Below are positions 24,124-35,343 of a stretch of 64,000 nucleotides of DNA, in pieces. How positions within the stretch are numbered: position 1 is the first letter of the stretch; every line of letters begins with the position of its first letter. The DNA lies in the NCBI RefSeq assembly GCF_964204645.1, contig NC_134025.1, forward strand, positions 10,478,001 to 10,542,000, written 5' to 3'. This DNA comes from Tubulanus polymorphus (lineage: Eukaryota; Animalia; Nemertea). Both the position numbers and the translations under genes were made by a program. The notes under the pieces are model-generated. The model searched no databases and was not told the DNA's origin. It saw nothing but the letters and a program-made list of their open reading frames with translations.

Positions 24124-27100
24124 TCATTTCTCCGGTACGATTTGACCGTTGCTGTATTCCTCGTCGTACTGTTGATACGACGTGTTCATATCGTTTGGAA
24201 CTCCCGGTTTCGGTTCCGGGGCAGCGTCTTGAGGTTTTATGTCACCGTTTTCGCCGGGATCGGTCGGCTGAGTGACTTCGTGTTTAATGAGGCTCACCTG
24301 CGGACTGGACACTTCCATGTAGCTGGCGTGCCGATGCGTTTTCTTCGTGCATCGGCAATATTTGAACGATTTCACGAAGTAAAGCATCGCCGCAACCAGC
24401 ATGAATACTCCTGAATAAGATAATAACAAACCAGTACTGTACAGCAGAAGGACAAAACAATAACTTGTGGCATCTAAAAAGGGGTTTAAAAATTTATGTT
24501 TTCATTTTCCTCAAAGATAAAGCGGGCTATAAGGCTAAAAATGATACCTTGTTTCTCCTTAACGGCTGGGTCACTGTGTAAATCGCAATAATAAAATTTG
24601 TAATAAGTTCATTTTTACAGCTGCCTGGTCTGTTACATGTAATTAGCTTGATCAGGATTTTAAAAAAAAGTAATGTACAGGGTAGATAGGCGGCCGGCCG
24701 GGTCAACCTTTAAGCCCAGGAGAAAGGAGAAACAAGGTATCAGCCTTTAGTCAGTTTATTTGACCATGGGCTCTTAAGCGAATCGTTTTTGAGTCCATGG
24801 TAGTGATCTTTTAACCGGAGACTTTATTACTCTCGGCTAGAGACGCTACAAAGTGTGGTCTATATACATTTCCGAACTAATTGCACAGCATGAAATAAAT
24901 AATTAATACAATGATTGTATTGTGATTGTATAGATTGTGTAGGTTTTGCTTACCGCATATCACTCCCAGGAGGACAGTTTTTATAAAACACGGAATGGCG
25001 GCCGCTGTGTAAATGATAGTTTTTCTCCAATTATCGAGCCAGAGAATGCACTTCCAAAGACAACAACAACAGCCACGATCCCTTCATGAATAAAATTTAG
25101 AAATGCTATCATTTTAATGTGGAATTTGATTGCATATACATATTTTGCGATGTAATCTCCAAACCGCTTGATTCAAAAGAAAATGAATCATCCAGACGAT
25201 CATTAGTTGGCCTCTCAGATTGCGGGCTTGGGAGGTTCCTCTAACGTTTGTAAATTCATCACTCTGGTGGTTAAACCCTTAAACTTCAGGGCCGTAATAT
25301 TTTTGGGGGGAGGGGCAGAAAAGCCCAAAGAAGGGTAGTTCTATTGTATATAACAATAATGTTTGCAAAAATGGCACTTTTCAAAAATTTCTGGGGGCAA
25401 CTGCTTCACTTGCTAGGTACGGCCCTGACCTTAAAATCGAACAGAAATTAACCAGTGGTTTATAACAAAATCAATTCTTGATTTGTTTTTTGCACCGATC
25501 GAAGACTTTTTTTAAAACGTTCAACGCATTGTTTTTATATTAATCTGGCTCTAATCATTCACTGCCTGTCTCTCGTCGATTGCAATTCAACAGCATCAAC
25601 AAACGGCTTTCGGATTTCATTATGAATTTCTATTGCAACAGCTGCAAACGATTGAACATATACTCGATAGCTGCAATCGATTGATTCTAGAATTGTTAGT
25701 GTGCACAGTCGTTTATTAGAAATCTATAACTAATACACCGTGGATTTTTCTAAGCTTATATCACGTCCAGTTCGCAATCAATTTACGAAACCAAATTGTT
25801 GACGCTATTCTAAATTGTAAGCTGTTCCATTAGACAACTAAAACACCGACGATCATATCGAGCTAAAACGGACGTGTCGTTCCTTTAGATGATCGGAGGC
25901 GATTTAAACCAATTGGTTGACGGAATAAGCCGGGCGTCCACCTTTTCCCCATTGTTTAATGCAGTAAAATATCTAATTTCTATCAAAGGAAAGGTTTGAT
26001 ACCATAGCCAAGTATGTTTCAACTATTGTTTGATAATTTTCGTTCAGGAAACAATCCCTATATTCCTTTGTATTACAAATATATGAATTACTTGCATATG
26101 ATTTGTGGCACATTCGACCATGAGAGTTTGATCCATAATGCAAAAATAATCTATTCAAAATATATGCCATGATCTAATCGGAATATGCGTACTTTATTAC
26201 CATACTTACTCGGGACAACAAATGCACTTGTCGATCAACCATATTAATTCGAGCAATGATGTGAGGATAGCTGCGCCTCTTAAAAAAAAAATTAAAAGCA
26301 CAAGTTATACATGATTTCTAGATGGGGAAAAACGTGTACAGAACCCTTAACCGCTTTTAGACACTAAGAACTGAACTGCAAATGCTTTATAAGTACCCTT
26401 GTTAACATGTGTCCTGGTATACGTTGAATAAAAATTATGTTCATGTTCGAAATATTTTCGAGAGATTTCATATTTTTTCTTTGTTGGACACCTCGATCAT
26501 CCAGGGTAGAGATTCGATGCATTAACGTAGCTAATGAACTCATTTTACGTGAAGTATCAAATCAAACCGATTACGTGCAATCTTGGAGTAATCATTTGAT
26601 TAGAAATGATTACTAGGTGATTCCGGAATATTTCTATATTTTCATAAAAATTTTTAGTCATTAATTATGTGAAAATTTACATTTGCAGCTTATCACGACG
26701 GATACTGAGATCAAATGATCCTCCAATATGACGCTTAATTTCAGTACATCAATCCGCGAATTTTAAAGACAGAATTTGACTCTTCTAGCGTCAAATAATT
26801 GGAAATCAACACATTTCAAATGAAGAAAATTCATAACTTTTAACTGGTATAGTAAACCTTAGAATTGGGATAGTCGTGCTATGTTTCGCTTGAGAAAGAC
26901 TTAACGCATAATTTCGCCCGAATAGAACAATCGAAAAGCACTACTTACAGCAAATACCAGCCTATAAATATATGACCCTTGTGAGCTTCTAATATCTTTA
27001 TTGTCGATGCCCAGAGCGCTGCGAACGAAAAAATAATCGTCAACTTAATTTGATTGCTTGGTCGGTCGCATTTAACTAATTGCCTGTATGCATGTAATAG

Positions 27101-27658
27101 CATACCAATAGGCTGTATTACAACAAGTGCATATTACAGTGAAATATCACTGACACCAAAGATACATAAAGATCTTCTTTATGTCGGGGTGTGACCCCGG
27201 TCTCCTTTTTAAATCAAAGTACCGCATTTTTTGGTTCCAATCTTTCTCATAATGTAGAAATTTTATGAATATTTTGCCATTAAAGTTCCAGAAAACGCCG
27301 CTCTCAAGCTTCGAATTTCAAAAATTAATCTAAGAACATTTAAGCAATTTTAAGAATTCAGAAATGATGTATGGTATATATTTTATCAATTCTGATCCCC
27401 TTAGAAAATCCCCGTGACGCCCCTGATTTACTTATAATCGTAAACACACAATTTACCTGCCACCAAAACGACGCCCCACAATCGCGAAAATAAAGTGATG
27501 TATCTGAGGCAACACGGAGTATCTTCGTCCAATTCGATGAATCGGGTAACCCGTGGTTGATCCGGTGCTCTTTGGGCTAATGATGAGTCAGCTGTTGGTC
27601 GCATCGGACCAGGCGTCGTAGGCGAAGCCGGCGGGCTCTCCGCTCCCCTATCTGCCAT
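24124..27658 (-). CDS. TMEM72-like small multi-pass membrane protein (exons ~27457-27658, 26949-27019, 26211-26278, 24954-25082, 24124-24411)
   Basis: Spliced frame ...CLRYITLFSRLWGVVLVA-ALWASTIK...IGWYLL-GAAILTSLLELIWLIDKCICCP-...CLWKCILWLDNWRKTIIYTAAAIPCFIKTVLLGVIC-GVFMLVAAMLYFVKSFKY...; layout recalls TMEM72/COPI-associated family; orthology uncertain. Confidence 0.7.
24533..24752. mobile_element. PIF/Harbinger-like MITE family (GGCTA...TAGCC ends); further copies 29895-30078 and 56211-56417
   Basis: TIR ggctaaaaa..gataccttgtttctc / gagaaacaaggtatc..ttag in all three copies, shared interior (gtacagg..agataggcggcc); third copy in opposite orientation with TAA/TTA flanks. Confidence 0.75.
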
Positions 27659-28693
27659 ATTTTTTGCGCGCTCTCAGCTTAATTCCTATCCGGTCTAACC
27701 CTTATCCGAAGTAAAATTCGATTGTAACACGCGTTCGGATGATCACTAAATTACATAGATTTTGTCGACATACATAATATAACATGCACTAATTTACATC
27801 GGAATTAACGAATTCCTAAACGATGTGTATATGAAATCGCTGCGTATACTAACTGTCCGGCTGGGACAATATGGTGAATAACATAATGTTTAGACGCGAC
27901 GTAACGTATGTTTGCGCGACACACTCTATCAGTAATGGTGGCAGGGTACACACGTTCGCCCAAGCCGTCGCGCAAAAACCTAGTACTATAAATATAACTC
28001 ATCATCGATTTGCGAATAAAGAACCGGTGTGTGTTGAATAACTGATGTTCACGGGATCCAAAGAGGAAGATTCACCGCGAACAGATGCTTTACAGAGCGA
28101 TTGACTTCCTCCTAAAGTCTGGCGCCTGTTGCTCAACTAGGATTTCATTGTTGCCAGGCGTGGATCAGGGCTGGGTGCTTTATGTGCTAGAGAATTCGAC
28201 CCTTGGAAAATTTCCCTTGTTATTTTTTCAGTAAGTTGAGTCACGGCCGCAAGGCTGGTATTTTTTAGGTGACCAAGCAGTAAAAACGCTGGACTGCTGA
28301 GACTAATTTTCCTAATTTTCTGGGGAAGGACCCCCCTCCTGAACATCGTTTCGAGAAAATATGCCAGCATGGGGAGTACCGGCCGCAACGACCCCGCCCA
28401 TGTTTGGCAATTGCACGCCGTGTAGGAATGATTAATCGTGCCCATCCTACATGATCCTTCATTAGCTGAAACGAATTCAAATCGAATTAAAACCCTACAT
28501 TAGCCATTTCGGAGCCATGCGCAATTGATCTATCTACATGTACTACAGAGTACAAAATTATTTCGGAGCTATCCTTATTACACTTTATTTTGATAGGGGG
28601 TGATTCGGTCGATTTTCATACCCGGAAATAAATAAATAAATGAATACATATTGGTCCTATGTTTGCCGAGTTTTTCAATTGTTTGCAGTTAAA

Positions 28694-30492
28694 ATGATTA
28701 AATGCGCAAGATATGTCTCCCAAAATATATCCACAGGATCCAACTTTTTAATACAATCACAGACTTTCATACCAGTAATTCGGAATACTTACAGTAATAA
28801 ATCAGGGGTAAGATTAAGAAACATGTCCTCAAATACAGCATCCTCAATTGGGGTCGAAAACTTTTTGTCAGGCCCCTGTGGGTTAGGGCTAAAATATTAG
28901 ATTGCAAATCTTTACCACATACAGTTGACTTTGAAAACCTGATGATCATTTGGGTTTCCCTCTTGCACGTTGTAACTTGGCCTCACAGTTCTCCAGTTGT
29001 GTCGTTATTTTAGGTTTTACCTTATAGGTGCTAATGGTCGATTATCTATTCTTTTAAAGACCGTTGGTAAAATTACTATCAAATCGAAACCGCCGAGTAC
29101 GCAAAACTGTGACTGGATCGGACCCGCCGATCCCGTATCAAACCTAAGACCGATCAAATTCTACATACCAACAGACGAAACAGCTCTTCAAAGGGAATTC
29201 AGAGAAAAACGACATCGAATACAAGAATGGAATGGAAGTTTTTGGAAAAAACATAACAAAAACTTCATTCAGGTACATTATTTTTATTAGCTAGCAAGAG
29301 AAATGAGACAATATGATTATTTGCTATTATTAATGCAATTCATTCTCTTGGAGCATTGTGGACATTAATAACAGTGTAGTACTTAAACTTACAGCGTAAT
29401 AGAATCAACTTCTTGAGTGTAATTCTAGTTTTCCATACAGGTTGTTACAACAAAAACAGGCATGAATTTGAAAGCAATAACTTTGAAAAAGAACCTCCTA
29501 GAATAGTACAATAAACTCTGCGTTAACCGGCTGGACCGGTCTAGGCGGAGACGACTGTACCTTGTAGTGAAATCTTAATATTTTAGAATTTCATTATTCT
29601 TTTTCATCTAGGCCAAAGAGAACTTCATCAAGACTAAACTCGATCAGTTGGGGCATTTCAATTCCGATGGTACGAAAAGAACTTTGACCGCCGACGAAAT
29701 GTCAGAGTTCTATAGATCTTTTCTACGAGAGAATCATAAAAATCATTTAGCCTACAATTGGTAAGTCAGTGTCTGTTTTAACTTAACGAGCCAGATTCTA
29801 CTAATACTGACCTCTTCAATGTCTTCGGGCTTCATGAGACTGCCTAAAATAAAGTAAAACCTGCTTTATTCGGATTATTTGGCATCAATGATATGGCTAA
29901 AATAAAATGATACCTCCGTTTCCCCTAATAGACCGGGTCATTATTGTAACTGTTCATTTCTATAGCTGCTGTATATAGCTTATGATTTAAAAGAAAAGTT
30001 ATGTACAGGATAGATAGGCGGCCTGGTCAACTTATGAGTTCACCAGAAATGAGAAACAAGGTATCAATTTTTTTAGCCAGTTGAAAGTTAGTTCAGATTA
30101 TATTCGGATTAAAGATCACATTTTACGTAAATTTAAATATAGTTTGACCTAGTCTACTGTCACTCCAAATTGCTAGCCTACAATAATTTTGATTAGACTG
30201 TCAGCCAGCTGTATTTGCTAGCACAAGTAGCTCATTTCCAAGAGCGTAATGAAAATACTATACGTATACGTACAAGTATTATATTACAATATTCATGTTA
30301 AAGTAAATGAAAACAAATATCCTATTGATTTTAAATCTACTATTTCATAGGGAAATTTTTATGAGTTTCTAATTGTATAAGGTTTTCATATTTTACAGGG
30401 AGTGGTATAAGAAAACAATTGGTCTATTAATGCCAGCAATCAAATGTAACATGGAGAAAATATTTACGAAAATTCGTGGTACAGTGACTTAA
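28694..30492 (+). CDS. COA8: Cytochrome c oxidase assembly factor 8 (APOPT1); exons ~28694-28807, 29060-29272, 29612-29761, 30399-30492
   Basis: DWIGPADPVSNLRPIKFYIPTDETALQREF...QEWNGSFWKKHNKNF, LTADEMSEFYRSFLRENHKNHLAYNWEWYKK; N-terminus resembles a mitochondrial presequence. Confidence 0.95.
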
Positions 30493-31029
30493 AAAATAGA
30501 AGAACTTTGGATAAAACCTGCAGAGGAAAAGTTGAAATCTCGATTTGTTGAAGCACTTGTAAATAAAATCATTTATTTCATATGTAAACCCACCAGTAGT
30601 CATCGCTTGCATATTGGAGGCATATTTACACTTAATTATATCAAGCAATACACTAATCGAAATACCATGTCATCAATCCAGCCTATGTCATTGTTGAAAT
30701 ATTTATCTCTATATACAAAATACAATAACAGACCTGCTCTGTGTACCTTTGATTGCATCCATATACCTCGGAATATCATCTTGTTGCGACCTAAAGTCCA
30801 AATACAGTATATTGAGGGTCGACTGTATTGCCAAATGTCTTCCTTTGATATTGCATTTGGTCCTCAGGTATACAAAGTCTACTTTATATGAGTTAAAAGA
30901 AATTCAAAATAGCAATAGGGTCCGACTTGAGCTGCTGAAGTCAATCATATTTTCTCATTCTCTACAAAATATTTTGGTTTTTTATACCAACAACAAGCAT
31001 TTTGAAAAATCGTTCTATTCCCACATCCT

Positions 31030-31345
31030 CCCCTGGCAGGGATTCGAACCTGATGGTATCGAGATTGCCACTGTACAAAATCCTGCCAAACTAGACCAGG
31101 TAGCTACAAGTGCAGCTTATGTCATTATTAGCTAATCAGATATCCCGTTTTATTTCAGCCGGAGTTTTCCCATTTATAGTTCTTCCGTGAAATTTACCTC
31201 AACCAATTATACAAGCAATCTGATTGGTGCCGCAATTATTCGTGCGACAAAGCTGTGCATGTACCTGCGCAGCCGGTCTAGTGCGGCAGGGGTTCTTGCT
31301 GTGGCTGAGTGTAGCGATGCCATCAGGTTCGAATCCCCGCAGAGG
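31030..31345. mobile_element. tRNA-derived SINE fragments in opposite orientations (~31030-31110 minus, ~31300-31345 plus); related fragment at ~59519-59570
   Basis: B-box ggttcgaatcc preceded by ccatca in both (gggattcgaacctgatgg / ccatcaggttcgaatccc); no complete cloverleaf. Confidence 0.55.
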
Positions 31346-31603
31346 AAGGATGAATTCCCATGGAGTTTAACTGTCCTTGTTTATCTGCAACTGACTGTTC
31401 AGACTGTATCCATTTTGCGCCCAACTTTCCATCCCTGATGACAAAACATTGATTTATCAAAATGATATTCAGTTCCCCCTGCACCCTCCCCTTTGATCCG
31501 CCCCTGGGCTGTACATAAAAACACACGATGGCCATAAAGAAAAACAACGAAATATAATAATGTACGATGTACGATACATTCTGATTCTCCAACAGCGTTC
31601 ATT

Positions 31604-34600
31604 CTAAATCAAGCATTTCAAGCGGTAAGAATGATTCGGCGAGGTTTTAAACTGACTGATTTGTTTTCGCCGCAGACGCAACTTGTCGAAAAACTCCATC
31701 TCCGACGAGAGTATCGGCGATTTGCCCGCGTAAATAAAGTCCATTCGACGTCGCAAGGGCGTTATCGATTTCGCCATGAAAGCTTCGTTAGCGATCGGCT
31801 GACCGTACACGAGTTTGTTGCACGTGTTTCCACGTCCTTGTTTCTCCGAGTCAATCGCGTGCATCAGGTTTTCTAACTTTTCGTTCAGATTCGAAACATT
31901 CTGGAATGAGAGAAATCATATCAATATGCAATCGATTAACACGACCCCGCCGTAAAATTTTCCTTTTCCTGCTCCGAAACCCAACCTCGAGGAATATTTG
32001 ATGTTAGTCCTTCAAGATTGCTTTGCTTTTTCAACCCAGCGTCGTTCAGTCGACATACAGTAGAACTCGCTTCATTCAGATTTTTCAATCCAGATTTTCA
32101 TTTGATTTGGATGCAATATTTGGTACATTGAACCTGGAACCGTGTAAACTATCATTCATAATTCGGATTGTACTTAATTTTGGGGAAATCTGGACGATCC
32201 CAATTTGCCGAATTAAGTGAGTCCTACTGTATTGAGTGCACCCACTAACACTGACCTTTACCAGAGCTGATAGGCTGTCAACCACATGATTAACGGAATC
32301 AATACAGCTTTCAGTAGTATCGATATCATCTGCGACGAGGAGTGGTTCTTTGTTTATTTGAACTTTCGTTTTTTGCTGCAAATGAATAAAGTACATGCAT
32401 ACGCCCTACATATAAGCCTAGTCACTAATGAAGGAATATGAAATAAACTCGAACCCCTTTTCACTCGGTACTCGTCACTGTGGAAGTTTCAAAGTGAATT
32501 TTAGTGGAACTCTCAAACTCATGTCATCAACAGTCATGATCTATATCAGCATTACTATTTTCATCCCTAGTTTTCAAGTCCCAATTTGTGTATTTCCAAT
32601 TCATTGTACTAAAGTAAAAGTCACGTAATTTGGATGACGGTCTCAATACAATGAGTTAAGCGAGTTTAATTACGGTACTAAAATTTATTTGGAAAAACTT
32701 ATTTCTCTTCAACTCAGTGAGATAAATGTAATTTAAAGTCCAAACGCTACCGTACCGAGTAAGGTGGAGTTTTCTTTAAAGTAATGAAAAAACACTTATT
32801 TACAATAGCTTTTTGTTGAAAACGTAGTTGCCTCGACACGTAATATTTGCACTTTTTCGGGTAGGTTTTTCGATACTTTACAGTTTCGAGGATCTTATCA
32901 TCAATTTGTTGCACAAGAACGATGTTCACGTGGTTCCTCAATTCTTGGTCTACATCCTCATATTCTGAAATTCATATAGTGGAATTATAGATATTTCTAC
33001 GATTGTGGAAATTTCTGATTTAGGTACACAGGAAACTTGTCCAGCAGTTGACAAATTTATAATAACAGTACATCCTAGTCAGTAACCTGTCTGTGGTTTA
33101 GTTTCACGATCGGATATTTTCACAAACCACATTGGTATAAGCCCATCCGATTATAAAAAGCTTACCACCAATGATTAGGTAACTAACTAAGTACATCCCA
33201 CCCTATAAGCAGTCAGGAACACTTTCCAAAAACGGCTTATTCTGCCAATTTCGGCGTTTTCCGCCAATAACGGCAGAATCGGCCGTTTATGGATCACTCA
33301 GTTTTGAAACTTTTACAGTCGTTTATGGCTTAATCAGCCAGTTTCAGCTCACTAAGTTTCGAGTTTTTCTTTAAAGTTTTTTGCGCACTTCCGGTCAAAT
33401 TAGCGCATGTTGCCGATTACGTCATAATCTCGAGCAGACGATAAGCTTTCATATGACGCTAGGATGGAAATTTTTGAGCTAGGTAAAGTGGTCAAATTCA
33501 CGTTTTTCTAAATGATTACGTCATATGCAGCCCAAAAACTCCGGGAAAACTCTCAAAACTACTACAGCATGAAACAAGTTTATTAATCATGATTTTTGTT
33601 AAAAATAAATTTGGGAACTAGTTTTAAAAACTATTATAAAGTTTTCAATTAAATGTTGCCATGGGTACACATAAAAACATTTGCCATTTCTGGCGTATTC
33701 CGCCGTTTTTGGCGTAGCTAGTTTTATAATCATAAACTATTAAGCCATTATTGGCAGTCCACTTGTTATATATGAGGATTCCCCCACCCGCTTAGACGTT
33801 TTCCCTAGTGTCTACAGGGTACTTTTTTTCGGAATAAAATAATTAATTTGCTGAGGTGCACGGATGTGTAAATATTATATGTTAAAAATAAAAATAAAAT
33901 TATTATTATAATTATCATTCTCATAAGACAAATCAATCATGGATGTATAAACTAGTGTATCAAAAATCTAGTTTTAAGTTTTGCCCATGGTCTTATCTTG
34001 CCTAATAAAGCATAGAATGGTTGAGGGATATATTGGACTGCATATGATGTTGGTTAATTGAAGGTAATTAACATCTTCGATGAATCCCAGCTAATTGGAC
34101 TTGTGATGGGTAGTGATTGAATGAATTGGTGGCCGATGACGTTACAACACTCAAAATCAATACAGCTGTATCTAGATTCATTTCAAAATACAACAAACAT
34201 TTTCGAAACAATTTGGGATACATGTATGTATATATTTATTACATAGAATACAGGTATAAAGAAAGAACAGAATTCAAATACATTTGCCATCGGAAACCCG
34301 TACATTTATATTTAATTCTTTCTTGAAGCCTGGAATGGATCAATGAGATTAATTTTTCGGCGCAAATATACAAATGTATGCCAGCAGAAAAGCGATGATG
34401 TCATAATAGGGACTCCCATCGAACTAAGCACTATAAATAGCACCTGTAAAACTATCTAAGCTAAAACGTCGTTTCTGGCGATGTAATTTTAAAAACTGTA
34501 ACAGCTGAAAACGGTGGAAATGGCGTTTTTTAAGAACAAGCCAAAAATGGCAGAAAACGCCGATTTCGGCTAAATTGGCAGAAGCAGTTTAAAACTGAGT

Positions 34601-34952
34601 AATCCATAAATGGCTGATTCCGCCGTTATTGGCGGAAAACGCCGAAATTGGCAGAATAAGCCGTTTTTGGAAAGTGTTCCTGACTGATAAGTTACGCAGA
34701 ATTACATTGAACTAGAAATTGAAGTTATCCACACTAGGGATGATGAGGATAATAAAGAATGAATGAGAAATATGTTTTTGTAATAGCGCTTTTGCCTGAT
34801 GGCTGTGAGTGTTACCGTGGTCTGGCTGGCGAAAGTGAATGATTGAATAAAGAAAGTTGAATTGAATTGTGAATAGATATCAACGAAAATGATAGAAAGA
34901 AATAAAAAAATTGCTTACTGATTGCTTTACCACTATTACTAGCTCCTGCCAT
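31604..34952 (-). CDS. NSL1: Kinetochore MIS12-complex subunit NSL1-like (exons 34919-34952, ~32803-32963, 32256-32375, 31604-31900; 5' end uncertain, further donor at ~35233)
   Basis: Phase-consistent splicing; QQIDDKILETVKYRKTYPKKCKYYVSRQLRFQQKAI resembles recalled human NSL1 DQFDEIIVDIATKRKQYPRKILECVIKTIKAKQEIL; VVDSLSALVK resembles AMKSLPALIE; head-to-head with TATDN3 as in human. Confidence 0.7.
32058..32229. mobile_element. Tc1/mariner-like MITE; second copy ~50603-50762
   Basis: ta|cagtagaactcgctt ... aagtgagtcctactg|ta; interior aacctggaacc.tgtaaactat.attcataattcgga shared with the second copy. Confidence 0.75.
33076..33189. mobile_element. 114-bp MITE with short imperfect TIRs and 9-bp TSD
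   Basis: agtacatcc|tagtcagtaacct ... aggtaactaacta|agtacatcc. Confidence 0.85.
33210..34686. mobile_element. 1477-bp non-autonomous DNA transposon, ~100-bp TIRs, 5-bp TSD, in NSL1 intron
   Basis: ataag|cagtcaggaacactttccaaaaacggcttattctgccaatttcggcgttttccgccaataacggc ... exact reverse complement ...ggaaagtgttcctgactg|ataag. Confidence 0.92.
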
Positions 34953-35343
34953 ATTTTCAAGCCACCTTAGAAGATGTATGTGCTCAAAACTCGGCTATTA
35001 GAGGCCGGGGCATTCGACTTCAATTCGACTACGAAATTAATGAAATTTTGAATATGCCACCATATTGCTTGCAAATAAATTTACGAAACGATCTAAATCT
35101 TTTCAAGCCCTATGATTCATTTTATTTTCCACAAATTCTATCAAAATATTTCAGAGAATATTAGTTATAATTTTTGCTATGATGAATGAATTAATATTAT
35201 CTTGAATATTCAGTGGCATTAATTAAGTCTTACGTCGTTTCGGGATATAACGTCTCTGACTATTTGTGCAAAGGATGGATAGCTCCGAGAAAATGTTACT
35301 ACCCAGATTTTACAAGGATACATCTATCGGGAAGTCACCGAAA

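Noticed and set aside
30532-31592. Cluster of 67-128 aa ORFs between COA8 and NSL1
   Set aside because: Lie in convergent 3'UTR/repeat sequence with no motifs or splice support
33950-34450. Apparent minus-strand exons or transposase remnants inside the TIR element
   Set aside because: Frames are short with stops, no DDE motif recognised, and the NSL1 exons join in phase without them
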